Positions 25,640-40,280 are shown, counted from the first letter of the whole stretch. The stretch is DNA of 63,855 nt, filler included, from Dicyema japonicum (GCA_011109175.1; 7 parts of 7 records of this genome joined end to end with filler, not necessarily neighbours in it), one strand, 5' to 3'. The notes: generated by a model from the letters alone, not told the origin. Numbers and translations: made by a program.

Positions 25640-27420
25640 TTTTTGAAAAATCGCGTGGTATATAGCTTGGGACAATAAAAGGCTACCTAATACTTCGAAT
25701 AACAGTAAACTAAATACGAAACATGAAACGCTTTCACCCACAAATGTGAAATTTTATTATACGTAAATTTTTCACATTTCTGAAATCAAAACCTGCGGAA
25801 AGCCTGTTTCATAAAACAACTATAAGTTTAATTAGATATATAAAACGACCTGGTTTGATGTAACCCTATTCTAACGCAAGTTTATGCACGATGTTTGTCG
25901 TCCGTCCTTGGCATATATGAATAAATTTTCTCTTCTGCCTATCCTTGAGCATTCCAGATACAGCTGTCCATGTGAAAAGCCTTTTAAATCTAAACGGTAA
26001 TTCATCAGAAATAATCGGAATTCGTGGGATATATACATCCTACCTCTATACTTACCTGTTAATATCGTCGCTTCTATTACGTTAGCCATCAAATTTTTGA
26101 TAACTAACCTCGTTCCATTGCATAATTTAGGTGGCGAAAGATTTCGTAATAAAACCACTGGAACGCCTATCTTTGTATTTATTTTGTAATTCGGGGTTAG
26201 GGGGAGTTTTTGAGGTACACAAACAGATTAAATAAAATACATAACTATCACATTAAGCAGCAATCGGAGAAGCAGCAGCGAAAAAAGCGGCACGCAAAAG
26301 AGAAGGAGGCAACAGCATGTCAAGTTAAGAAAAAACAGTTTAAATTAATTACCTTAAGCTGAGCTTTCTTTTCTTCAGTTTCGTTTTCGTTTCTTCGGTT
26401 ATCTATAGAAAAAATTATTTTTGAATAATAAAAAAGATTAGGAAATTGAATAATAAGAGAGGCATACCGAAAACTTGAATAATAAGAAAGGCATACCGAA
26501 AATAAATTCCTCTTTAGAAAAACTTGAATAAATAGTTAATATTTCTACGAAAATTCTTCTAATTGCGCTGTCAATTGGTGGTCAATTCTGTTAATAATTG
26601 TGCTAATGTGGTTATATTCAAGGTCGTGCAATCTCTTAATTGCATCTTAATTGCACACTCTGTCAAGGTCAAATATGATAATAGCTTTAATTTTGATTCA
26701 TGGACTTATTTTTAAAGAGAAAATGTTAGGATTAATTGAATTTCCTTATCGCAAATAATTGGGAGTACATCATTGTTAATATTCTCGCTGTCGTTTTTAT
26801 CGAGGATATTCTTGATATGTGAGATTTTTGCCTGGAAGGTTTTAATGGACCTCATCATGAGTGTTGAGGACATTCACGTTGTGCATTTTAACCAAAATGT
26901 AGAAAATTATTTTTTTGGAGGGAAGGTTTTAAGGACCTCATCATGTGAGTCGGGGACATGCTTGTTGTTCATTCTAACCAAAATCCAGAAAATATTTTTT
27001 CAATTTTTTTGGCGGGAAGGTTTAAAGGACCTCATCATGTGAGTCGAGGACATGCTTGTTGTTCATTCTAACCAAAATACAGAAATTTTTATTTTTTATT
27101 TTTTTTAATTTTTTTTGGCGGGAAGGTTTAAAGGACCTCATCATGTGAGTCGAGGACATGCTTGTTGTTCAATTTAACCAAAATCCAGAAAATATTTTTC
27201 TTCAATTTTTTTGGCGGGAAGGCTTTAAGGACCTCATCATCGAGTATTTTCTTGATATGTTAGATTTTTGGGTGGAAGGTTTTTGGAGGACGTCATAATT
27301 TTGGACTTGTTCCCCATTATTGGCTAATAATAAGGGGAAAAGATTTTGACAATTTATCTGTATTTTGCTAATTTGAAGTTGGTGTACACAGACACACACC
27401 ATACAATTTTATTATTAAGA
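25640..27420 (-). mobile_element. Degenerate Helitron (5' end, internal minisatellite, Pif1-type helicase C-terminal remnant); 3' boundary approximate
   Basis: LLRNLSPPKLCNGTRL..IEATILTG..FSHGQLY..SR at 25871-26170; Helitron-type 5' start A|TCTTAATAATAAAATTGTATGGTGTGTGTCTG at 27420. Confidence 0.75.
26820..27290. repeat. Minisatellite, about 5 units of ~92-105 nt, inside the Helitron
   Basis: Repeated ggcgggaaggtttaaaggacctcatcatgtgagtcgaggacatgcttgttgttc..aaccaaaatccagaaaat. Confidence 0.9.
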
Positions 27421-27580
27421 TGAGGTTAATGATTAAAAATTAGTTAAAATAAAATAATATTATGTAAAACAGCAGAATTTTCTAATATTTTGAGATTATT
27501 TACAAATAACAAAATTTTGTGATAAGAGTATTTCGGAACCATTGAAAAATTTAGTTTAGCCAAAAAATTTCAAATTATAT

Positions 27581-27670
27581 CTAAATAAAATTGATTTGAT
27601 TTATCAGAAATTAATCAATAGGGCTGGACACGTTTCTCGAAAGAAATCAAATGGAATCTTTTGATGGAAT
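27581..27670 (-). pseudogene. HP1-like last-exon fragment (fourth copy)
   Basis: aaattgatttgatttatcagaaattaatcaata..ggacacgtttctcg matches the last exon of the other copies. Confidence 0.7.
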
Positions 27671-28919
27671 CTTCTATTACCAAAAGCAGGTTTATTTTTT
27701 AACGATTTGGCGACTACGAATTCGCTTTTTTTATAATTTTGTATTTTTCGGATTAAGATGTAGTTTTTACAGGTTGTTGGAGCAGTACATTTACACGATT
27801 TTTGTATTCATTATAATTTTCACGTAACCTAAGAATTTAGACTATAATGATATAAAATCTTTGGGAGATACCATTTATTTTCGTTTTAAATTTAATGTCA
27901 AACTATGTATGTCATCCTGTCNNNNNNNNNNNNNNNNNNNNNNNNNNNNNNNNNNNNNNNNNNNNNNNNNNNNNNNNNNNNNNNNNNNNNNNNNNNNNNN
28001 NNNNNNNNNNNNNNNNNNNNNNNNNNNNNNNNNNNNNNNNNNNNNNNNNNNNNNNNNNNNNNNNNNNNNNNNNNNNNNNNNNNNNNNNNNNNNNNNNNNN
28101 NNNNNNNNNNNNNNNNNNNNNNNNNNNNNNNNNNNNNNNNNNNNNNNNNNNNNNNNNNNNNNNNNNNNNNNNNNNNNNNNNNNNNNNNNNNNNNNNNNNN
28201 NNNNNNNNNNNNNNNNNNNNNNNNNNNNNNNNNNNNNNNNNNNNNNNNNNNNNNNNNNNNNNNNNNNNNNNNNNNNNNNNNNNNNNNNNNNNNNNNNNNN
28301 NNNNNNNNNNNNNNNNNNNNNNNNNNNNNNNNNNNNNNNNNNNNNNNNNNNNNNNNNNNNNNNNNNNNNNNNNNNNNNNNNNNNNNNNNNNNNNNNNNNN
28401 NNNNNNNNNNNNNNNNNNNNNNNNNNNNNNNNNNNNNNNNNNNNNNNNNNNNNNNNNNNNNNNNNNNNNNNNNNNNNNNNNNNNNNNNNNNNNNNNNNNN
28501 NNNNNNNNNNNNNNNNNNNNNNNNNNNNNNNNNNNNNNNNNNNNNNNNNNNNNNNATCGATTTTATCTTAATCAAGAATTAAATCAAATCTTATTAATAA
28601 AAATTTATAATGTAATTAAACTGCCTAATGGGACTTTTGTTCTTGCATTTTACAGATTAAAATATCAATGTTCGGCTTTGTCTCAGATAGGGCAATACGC
28701 AAATCATCTTCTACTTTAAGACGATTTCGATACTTTGACTTTAAATATGCAAGATGTGACATTGCCGTTTCACACAGATATATTGTGTAAAATGGAATTA
28801 ACTTCTCTTATCCGACATTAAAACACGTGATTAAAGTGTACAGAAAATTTATTTTTTATATTTAGAGCATCTTTATGAAAAAGAAACAAAGACTACATTA
28901 AAAAAATATATTGCAAATA

Positions 28920-29199
28920 TAAAATTCTGGGGACCCCTTTATTTTTTCTTGGGACCCCCTAGGGGTCCCCAGGGACCCCGTTGAGAAACGCTGNNNNNNN
29001 NNNNNAACTTCTCTTATCCGACATTAAAACACGTGATTAAAGTGTACAGAAAATTTATTTTTTATATTTAGAGCATCTTTATGAAAAAGAAACAAAGACT
29101 ACATTAAAAAAAATATTGCAAATATAAAATTCTGGGGACCCCTTTATTTTTTCTTGGGACCCCCTAGGGGTCCCCAGGGACCCCGTTAAAGAAACGCTG
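28920..29199 (+). mobile_element. Right end of a hAT-like non-autonomous element, duplicated across an N gap
   Basis: GC-rich ggggacccc palindromes followed by gttgagaaacgctg, a hAT-like TIR. Confidence 0.55.
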
Positions 29200-29979
29200 C
29201 CTTACATGATCAATGCAAGATTTCATTGAAAAGAATGTATAATCTAGATTACATTGAGTTATCCAAAAAGAGTATTTTGATTAGTTGTTTAAAAAAGACG
29301 TGATAAAATGAATAAATTTTCCTTTTTTAACATAAATAACGATTAAAATAGATAAGTTTATTTAGCCAAATAACGTTTCCTTCTCCTGTATTTTGATTAA
29401 GACTCAATCACCTCTTCATTGTTGTTCATCAAAGGGGCAGACATTACAGCTCACCTCTGCGCACTAGGTCTCCCAGAGTCATTTGCCTTTTTTAACATAA
29501 ATAACGATTAAAATAGATAAGTTTATTTAGCCAAATAACGTTTCCTTCTCCTGTATTTTGATTAAGACTCAATCACCTCTTCATTGTTGTTCATCAAAGG
29601 GGCAGACATTACAGCTCACCTCTGCGCACTAGGTCTCCCAGAGTCATTTGTGAGTGTGGCTGGAGTTTTCAAGGTTGGAGAACTTTCAATATTTTCGGGG
29701 TTTCGATAAATTTCATTGATTACATTGAAGATCTTAGAGTTGTGCTTTCACGGGGTGACTATTTATATAGGAGACGACCATTCTCTCCAAGGTTTTCTTT
29801 AATGGAACACGTATTTTAATTAATGAATTAAGTAAATATAAATAATGGAATTATACTTGTATGGTAGAATAAATAAAATGACATACACGTCGATGTTGGA
29901 TGAATATTTAAGTGCATACGAGAATAGCTTTGAGTGTGTATAATTTACTTCGAAAAAATTATAGTTTATTCGTCGATTN

Positions 29980-31725
29980 TGTCACAGTCGGATAAATGGA
30001 CACGCGAATAAATGGACACCTGGCTTAAAAATATTTAAAAAATATATAAATAGTTATTTTATACATCAATATTAACAATTAGTTAAATATTTTAGAGAAA
30101 TATTCTACTTTTTAATTTATAAAAAAAGCGTGGAACTATGCGTATTGTGAAGCTCAGCAAAGAAATTCTTGAAAAAATCAAAAAAATCAGAGAAAACCAA
30201 GAAGAAAACACATTAGACGACAATACTAACAGAAAACAACGATTTAGGCTAAAGCAGCTTGCGAAAAACATATGCTTTGAAAATGGAAATGTATTCTTTA
30301 TTAAGAATTCAACCAAATTGCGATTTTTCGCAGAGGATGACATTGAGTTGAAGCTTAAATGCATTGAGGTATCGGATTAATTAACATTAATTAGGCGGAA
30401 CATAATTATAATCATTTTGGTAGAGATCGACTGTTCAGTAAGCTAAAGACTAAGTATTATGGTTTGACTAGAGATGAAATTGCAGGAGTAATTAATAAAT
30501 GTGTTCATTGCCAGGTAAATATTAATTCTATAATGTTAGGCTAAGAAATTAATGGCGACTAAGCCACAAATAACCCCAATCATCGCTCGTGGGCCTAGAG
30601 ATAGATATATAGCAGATCTCATTGATCTTCGCAGATATTCTGAAATTAACGATAAATTCTCTTGGGTATTTTAGATGAGATATTTAATATAAAGATTCTT
30701 GTAATCGTTGATTCCTTCTCGAAATATGTAGTTGTCGAATTATCAAAGTCGAAATCTGCGGTAGAAATAGCTAACCTATTCCAAAATATTTTTTATTACA
30801 TCGGACCACCAATCATCCTCCAAACAGACAATGGGAAAGAATTCTGTAATTCGTTAATTGACGAAGTCTGTGAAAAATATTCGATCAAGCATGTGCGTGG
30901 TAGGGCACGAGCGCCCTGGATACAAGGTCAAGTAGAGAGGTTGCCTGATGGTTTTAATTTTTTAAGGTTCAACCAAAGCATAAAACGTTGGATATCTTCA
31001 GCAAGTGCCTCTCGTGGATATTTTGGGCGATATTGTACCATAATCAAAGACATTGTTTATGATTACAATAACACAATACATTCCACAACCGGAAAAGTCC
31101 CGTTCTACTTGTTTATGGGTGCTCAAAATCCGAATCCAATAACGGAGTCGGAAATGGAACAATTATTATCGGGAGATGTCGACAGTGCAATCGTAGATGC
31201 ACGTGAAGAAGCGTATTCAAAACTTCTTATCGCTGGAGATAAAATGATAGAAAGGAGAAGATGGAAATATGATGAAGATTCCATAAAAGTCGGAGCTACA
31301 GTATTACTAAGGTAGTAATTTTTTAATACATTTCCAAGACAAGACAATGATGCCAATATTCGAAGGTTCCCATTATACGATGGATTATCAACCAACCAAT
31401 ATGTTGTGGTAGATCAACAAAATGACATGTACTTGATCGAAGATGAGAATGGTGAAAAAACTAACGTACATATATCAAGAATTACAAAAATTGACTAACG
31501 ATTTTGTTTAAAATTTTTCATCTAAATTTTTTTAAGATTTGGAAGCCCGCATAGGGTTAGGGTTAGTTGTTTAAGATTTGAGTTAGGGTTAGGAGCAGAC
31601 GAAGCTTTTATATGAAATCTAGAATTTTTTTCTATTTTCTAATGTAAATTTTAATTATTATCTCAATTTTAACCGATTTTTTTACAATTTTAAATAATTA
31701 TTTTTCAATGGTTAACCAAAAATCA
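29980..31725 (+). mobile_element. Ginger-type (Gypsy-integrase-related) DNA transposon, family A; right end lost in gap
   Basis: TGTCACAGTC terminus shared with the copy at 40021; subterminal ataaatggacac repeats; integrase-only gene with no RT or gag. Confidence 0.75.
30138..31498 (+). CDS. Intact HHCC-DDE integrase/transposase, 408 aa, six exons
   Basis: Introns 30369-30394, 30515-30539, 30666-30694, 30940-30966 and 31312-31338 give a 1227-nt ORF with EHNYNHFG..CVHCQ, YIADLID, LQTDNGKEF, GQVER|FNQ and YNNTIHSTTGKVPF. Confidence 0.9.
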
Positions 31726-32631
31726 NNNNNNNNNNNNNNNNNNNNNNNNNNNNNNNNNNNNNNNNNNNNTTAATTAATTAANNNNNNNNNNNNNNNNNNN
31801 NNNNNNNNNNNNNNNNNNNNNNNNNGAATTCAAATATATGTTCTGTATTGCTGACAATGGCCTTCTATTTTGTTCTCTTTGTTTATCCAAAGTCAACTGT
31901 TAAAAAATTTTTCAGTTGATTCTGATAGTTCTTCTGTAAAACATCAGAACAATATGCGTATAAATTTGTTAATAAAATTGTAGGTCATTCATGTAATTCA
32001 GTTTAAACAACATTAAATGATTCAATCAAAGTAGATTCGGTTAATGATACGATCACGGAAGGATTTGTACAAGCAAACATCCCGCTATACAAATTAAATA
32101 ATGATTCGATCGAAAAAATGTTTAAAACAATTAAAATTAACATTCCGAATTTTCATGCGAACTACGGTTAAGTTTTTTACAGAAAAAAATAAATGAGTTT
32201 ACAAAATTATTAACGTATAAAAATTTACTTTTAACTTTTAGGAAAATAATTTTTTTTATAATGACTTATGAAACAAGGCAAATATCATAAATTATATAAA
32301 TAAATGAATGGAGGAAAATAAATTTAAACTTATTATTGAAATGACTGAGCCAAAAATTAGCCAACAAGATTATTTTTTTTCACGCTGTCAGGTNAGGCAA
32401 ATATCATAAATTATATAAATAAATGAATGGAGGAAAATAAATTTAAACTTATTATTAGAAATGACTGAGCCAAAAATTAGACAACAAGATTATATTTTTT
32501 TCACGCTGTCAGGTATCTTCTGCGTCTGTTGAAAGAGCTAGTAAAATGCTAAACAATATATTAAAAAAGGATGGGAAATTCCATCCAGACAATATCAAGC
32601 ATTACCATTTAATATGGGTTATTAATATTTT

Positions 32632-32950
32632 GCCGCGTGGCGCTATGTGGTGCTGCGTGGTTAATTGGTTTAATTTTTCTGCTTGCTTGTCTGTTCCTTC
32701 TCTCTATCCTAATAGAGTGGCATCATGTGATCCACCTGTCTAGGTGACGCCCAGAGCCAGGCCGGCCTGAAAAAGGATCATTTGCTCTTCCCCACTCCAC
32801 TGAAGGGGTTTCCACAACTGCATGTAATGGGCGTTTTACCCTTTATGCTGATGGACTCTGTTACTGTAGAAGTGGAAACTGGATACACTTAATTAGTTGG
32901 TTACTTTAACTTCTTTTTCGGTGTATCCGGGATTAATAAATAATAATAAT
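32632..32950 (+). mobile_element. SINE-like retroelement (~315 nt) with (TAA)n tail
   Basis: Reverse-complement match to the TSD-flanked copy at 41171-41485; A-box-like tggtgctgcgtggtta head; tail ..ccgggattaataaataataataat. Confidence 0.8.
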
Positions 32951-32951
32951 A

Positions 32952-34561
32952 TGTCGCGAGCCACAGACGTTACTTTGACAGCTGAAATCAATGTCAATCA
33001 TTGTCAAAAAATAAAATAATCAATTATTTCAAAGCAAGCATTAACTAATTATTGATAACTATCTTTCTAAGGCGTTTAGAATGCACCTTCTTCACAATTC
33101 CCTCACTTTCATTAACGGATTAGATATAGTAAAGGATTATTTCCATAGTCCTTCAGAATACGAACCTTTTAAGTAAACTGAATATATTATCTCTAATTTT
33201 AATTTCATATTTCGATCGATGCACTCCCATCTTTTTATTAATCCTTTTATAATAAGAAGAATTCATGTCTACCCGAGGAAAATTAAATTAATCACCTTTT
33301 GTATAATTATAGACAAAAACCTTTACTATATGTTTCGGGGCTGTCTTTATCGTTTGGCTCTGTTAATTCAGCAATACTATCCACACTTTCCAGGTTGTCT
33401 TCACCGTCTGCCACCATTTTTCACAATGATGTTGTAGTCCCGAATCCCTCGATATTTCTGAAACGGACTAACACTTACAAAAACATAAAAGCACAAATTT
33501 ACCTGTGGATGAGTGAGGCGTTTGATTGTATAAAAACACAGCCTATCTAATGTGCCTTATCCACTCTTGTCATCCGAAGCCATCATTTTCGATAGAGACA
33601 CTGCCAACTTGGAGCCCATCTTTCGGATTTGAACCCACGACCTTTAGATCCGATGTCATCAGATATTGCGTTCAGCCAGGAGGTCAATGTAATTTATTTT
33701 ATTTAACCCCAAGCACTTTCGAAAAGGGAATCGCAAACCTCCAGGCGGAGCAGGCATATTCAATGGTCCGCATGATTACTTGTTGATAGATTTTGCTGAT
33801 GCAGTCGGCCGGGGGGGAAAGGGCTCTTCTTTATTATCGCATTCAGAATGTTCCATTTTCGAAGACCCTTGGCGAGCACCTCCTCCACGTGACTCGATAA
33901 CGTCAACAGAGAGTCGAAAATTACACCAAGGATCTTTGCGGTCCGCGTAAAAGAGATGGGAGAGTTTCCGATGGATATCTCAAGCCCACCTTTAAACCTT
34001 CTGTCCGTAGTGAATATTGTGAAATGAGACTTGGATGTTGATACGCATAACATACTTGCAGATAGCCAGTCACAAATTAGGTTTAGGTGTGTCTGAACAG
34101 TTGCTACAGCGATGAAAGGAGATTTATTTTTTGCAGCGATAATTAGGTCGTCCGCATAGGATAAAAACATAGTGTCATAATCATTGGTAGTAGGTAGGTC
34201 ATGTATAAATAGGTTGAAAAGGAGAGGAGATAAAGGGGAGCCTTGCGGGACTCCATTGGGGAGTAGTCTTGATTTTGAAGTGGTTTTGTCAATACGGACC
34301 CTTCCGCATCGTCTACTTAAGAAGTTTTCCAGAAGTTTTCCAGGTAGATGTACAACAGGAGAGATCCGCATTAACACAAGCTTTTCCAGTACGTTTGATA
34401 AAACACAAGTTATTGAGATGGGGCGGTAGAAGAAGGAACGTCTTTTGGTTTTTTGAGCTTTATGATTGGCGTATTCAGGGAGTTTTTCCATATATTATGA
34501 CAGCAGATGACAGCTGTCATAGGTAACGTATGTGGCTCGTTAACTGCTTTAGCTCGCGACA
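32952..34561. mobile_element. TGT..ACA-bounded inverted-repeat element (non-autonomous) containing a LINE fragment
   Basis: tgtcgcgagc(..)cacagacgttac..tgacagctg at the left; its inverse cagctgtca..gtaacgtatgtggctcg..gctcgcgaca at the right. Confidence 0.6.
33790..34491 (-). pseudogene. LINE reverse transcriptase fragment (non-RTE)
   Basis: YRPISIT, GVPQGSPLSPLLFN, SYADDL, KILGVIFD. Confidence 0.85.
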
Positions 34562-35050
34562 TATTATTATTTATTATCAGCACTGCCGAGAACACAAAAA
34601 AAACAAAAGTCAATTAAGGTTCCCTTGTGCCGCGCCGGCCACCTTTGCACCAATCGCATCCAAAGGCCTCTCCGTTTCGTAAGATCTCTTAGTTCATCGA
34701 GGTCATCCATTGTTTTCAACTCCCTGCCTATGACTTTTAGGTCCTCATTTAGCGTGATAGGTAAGGTTGTTCTAGGCCTTCCTCGGAATGATTTTGTTTT
34801 TTCCATGAAATATTCATCTATTACGTGATTTGCCGGGACATCCAAGTCCATCCTCAGAATGTGACCGAACAGTCTCCATCTCGATCTTCTGATTTCCATC
34901 TCGATCTTCGGATAATGGTTCTGTTTTGCTCAACTTATATAATTGTTCGTTTTTGATCTTCATTTTGTAGTGAATATTAAGTGCCTTCCGAAGCATACTG
35001 CGGTCGAAACTGTCAATAGACTCCATTGCCCGTTTAGACAAACCCCATGT
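34562..35050 (-). pseudogene. RTE-type LINE 3' end with TAA-rich tail
   Basis: RWRLFGHILRM..RGRPRTTLP. Confidence 0.85.
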
Positions 35051-37988
35051 CTTCTTCCATATTATATTACAATAAATAAAATTTAAATATTATATTTTAT
35101 TATTTTAAGTTATAGATTTTACTATTTTTAATGCTAGATTTTATAATTGCTAATTTTTTTAATTATAATTGCTAGACCCGGTGGCTTCTCCAGTTGATCT
35201 CTGTTGCAATCGTGAGAGGCAACGCAACGTCGATAATGTCGTCGGAGTCCACTATTGATGGATGACCGTGTTAATTAATCATCTTAATTATTTACACTTT
35301 CATAAATTGTTAGAATTGTGATTTTTTAAATTTTACTTTAAGTAGTAAAAGCAACTTGCCATATTTCTAATTTAATGACGCGGTGTAATAAGTTCCGGAC
35401 CAATTCTAATATAGAATCTCACTTCTGTGAATTGAGTGGAAGATTTCACGCATATTCGATTTCCTGTGTTGACGATTGATGCTCATTCACTAAGAAAAGA
35501 AAAGAACGCAAAATCAAGAACATTTTCGATGCCTTAGAATAACTGCTTCTGATTAGTTAGCATGACTGTTTTTCTTAAATAAAGTGATTTCTGCTTAAGC
35601 TGAGGTTTAATAATAGAAACAGTATTTTTCCTTGGCCGCAGGACTGGTGTTGTTTTTTGTAAAATTTAATTTTGTAATCCTAAAAATTATATAATTCGAC
35701 TATTAGAATCGATAAAATTTAACAGATGAGATGTATTTATTAAGAATTTTTAACACCTATTAATTTTTTGTGTGAACGATTTAGCATCACCTCGAAAAAG
35801 ACTAGACAGCCATCTCTGTAAATAAGTTCAGTTCCCAAACTCCTCGATTTCTCAGAGGTCACATTTTGGAAAAAAACTAGGACATCCCCTATCTAAACCT
35901 CAGTGCACACATTTTCCAGCAGATCCAACACAGGTCCCCGTAAGCCACTACCAATTAATCTATTTGATAGTCGTTTTGTAAAAGAAATAAGTTGGGTTTG
36001 TTCGCTACAAATTTAGGAGTTTTCTCTAGCAGGTAACCCACATGAAACCCAGGTCCCTGATTTTTTGATTCACTTTACCTATTCACTTCCGATGGATAAA
36101 ATTAAATAAATTCAAGATTTTTCTAAATATTTTAATTATTAATCGCATTTAGAATTCACTAATCCATGATTTAATATTAAATTCATTTGTAAAACAAGGA
36201 AAATTAATGATTAAGGATAAAGACGTTAGTAAATTTTGGAGGGGAAGGAAGCAAAAAAATTGGCTCAAATTTAAAGGAGGTCAAATCTATCATATATTTA
36301 AACGGCTACCGGTTTCGGGAAGATAAACCTTGAACTCAGGAATTTCCGGAGCAGTCCGAGTCGGAATTTTCTTTGTTGTAGGAGACAAGAAGGTTATACC
36401 AGAATGACCTATCATAGAAAATACATTGTTGACTTGAAATCACATTGACAACTTTAGGTGGTGGAGTGCTGGGGATTGTGGGTCCTCTGTTATATGGGGA
36501 ATAAGTTGGTGTCTTTGGTTTAGAAGATCCAAATTCGAATTTTTTTAATAAATTTTTAAATCGTAAAGATTTAATTTTAGGTTCATTGTTAACTTGGGGA
36601 ATTCTCATATTCTCAAAAAATTGTTTTTCCTTATACAACCGAGAACGTTGAGGGGTGGGATTCCCGGCCTTTATGGTGCGATGCTGAGGTTCTTCCCAAT
36701 TCTTTAGATTTTCAAAATATCCTTGTATTTCTCGAAAATTAATACAATTTGAAATCTGATTANNNNNNNNNNNNNNNNNNNNNNNNNNNNNNNNNNNNNN
36801 NNNNNNNNNNNNNNNNNNNNNNNNNNNNNNNNNNNNNNNNNNNNNNNNNNNNNNNNNNNNNNNNNNNNNNNNNNNNNNNNNNNNNNNNNNNNNNNNNNNN
36901 NNNNNNNNNNNNNNNNNNNNNNNNNNNNNNNNNNNNNNNNNNNNNNNNNNNNNNNNNNNNNNNNNNNNNNNNNNNNNNNNNNNNNNNNNNNNNNNNNNNN
37001 NNNNNNNNNNNNNNNNNNNNNNNNNNNNNNNNNNNNNNNNNNNNNNNNNNNNNNNNNNNNNNNNNNNNNNNNNNNNNNNNNNNNNNNNNNNNNNNNNNNN
37101 NNNNNNNNNNNNNNNNNNNNNNNNNNNNNNNNNNNNNNNNNNNNNNNNNNNNNNNNNNNNNNNNNNNNNNNNNNNNNNNNNNNNNNNNNNNNNNNNNNNN
37201 NNNNNNNNNNNNNNNNNNNNNNNNNNNNNNNNNNNNNNNNNNNNNNNNNNNNNNNNNNNNNNNNNNNNNNNNNNNNNNNNNNNNNNNNNNNNNNNNNNNN
37301 NNNNNNNNNNNNNNNNNNNNNNNNNNNNNNNNNNNNNNNNNNNNNNNNNNNNNNNNNNNNNNNNNNNNNNNNNNNNNNNNNNNNNNNNNNNNNAAATTTG
37401 TATCTGATTGGTTGTTGGAGGTGGCGACTCTGTATAGTGAAAATGTGGTCATTAATCAGAGCAAAGAAAGAGTGAGGAGGTTGGATATTAGGTGGTAGCT
37501 TTTCTTCTAAGATGAACAGATCCGAGAGTACATAGACTTAGACATTATTTATTTGCTTTTTTCATAGCCGCAGGAATACTGAGTTAAAATAGAATGAGGA
37601 ATGTCCTAATCCCAGACCGACAAGGAGGTGGATATGTATACTGTGCTGTTCTTTAACTTATTAAAAAATTAAAATCAAATCCGGTTTTATTATTATTTTT
37701 AACTCTTAGAGTATTAGTTATTTATAAAAGTGCCCAACTATAAATACAGTTAAAATGACTTCTCTCCTTTAATACTCCGGGACACACAAACGAAGAATAA
37801 TCGAATAATAAAGTAATTGAGTTATCCCTGATCCTACAATCTATGCATTTTTCCCTGTGCTCCACAAATAACCAAGCCAGAATCTAGCTTTTTCAAACGA
37901 ACGTATATTGTTGAACGTCGTCTACGAACGTATATTGTTGAACGATGTAACTCTTTACAGTTACATCAATTTAAAGAGATCTCTAGGT

Positions 37989-40020
<2,032 letters not shown>

Positions 40021-40280
40021 TGTCACAGTCTGATAAATCGTCACTGTTCACAGATTGAATTAAAAAATATTTAAAAACTATTGGAATTTACAAATTTTAT
40101 TAATTGATAAATAAAATATCTATAAAATTAATTAATTAAATTTGCGTGCTGAAATGCATCTGGTGAAATTTTGAAACTCATATCCATAGAAGTAATTAAA
40201 TCGCTTAGATTAATTTTAGGCTAAGCACAATTTAACCCATAATCACGATGGGTCCTAGAGGTCGCTATATAGCCGAGGAG
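40021..40280 (+). mobile_element. Degraded Ginger family A copy
   Basis: tgtcacagtc..ataaat terminus; ttttaggctaag..gggtcctagaggtcgctatatagccga matches 30535-30615. Confidence 0.65.

Noticed and set aside
26820-27290. Minisatellite as a CRISPR array or hammerhead (tgatgaggtcc on the minus strand)
   Set aside because: No unique spacers, no cas genes, eukaryotic context, and no GAAA after the putative stem II
30138-31498. LTR retrotransposon or Polinton origin of the integrase
   Set aside because: It has its own ATG close to a TGT terminus, multiple introns, and no gag, RT, LTR or PolB nearby
33610-33680. tRNA gene
   Set aside because: Only a T-arm/B-box-like motif is present; no acceptor stem or D arm can be formed
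36336-36745. Pro/Ser/Lys-rich minus-strand reading frame
   Set aside because: Possibly a gene fragment, but no recognisable motif and it is cut by a gap
27861-37498. Long poly-X ORFs in the track
   Set aside because: They are translations of N gaps
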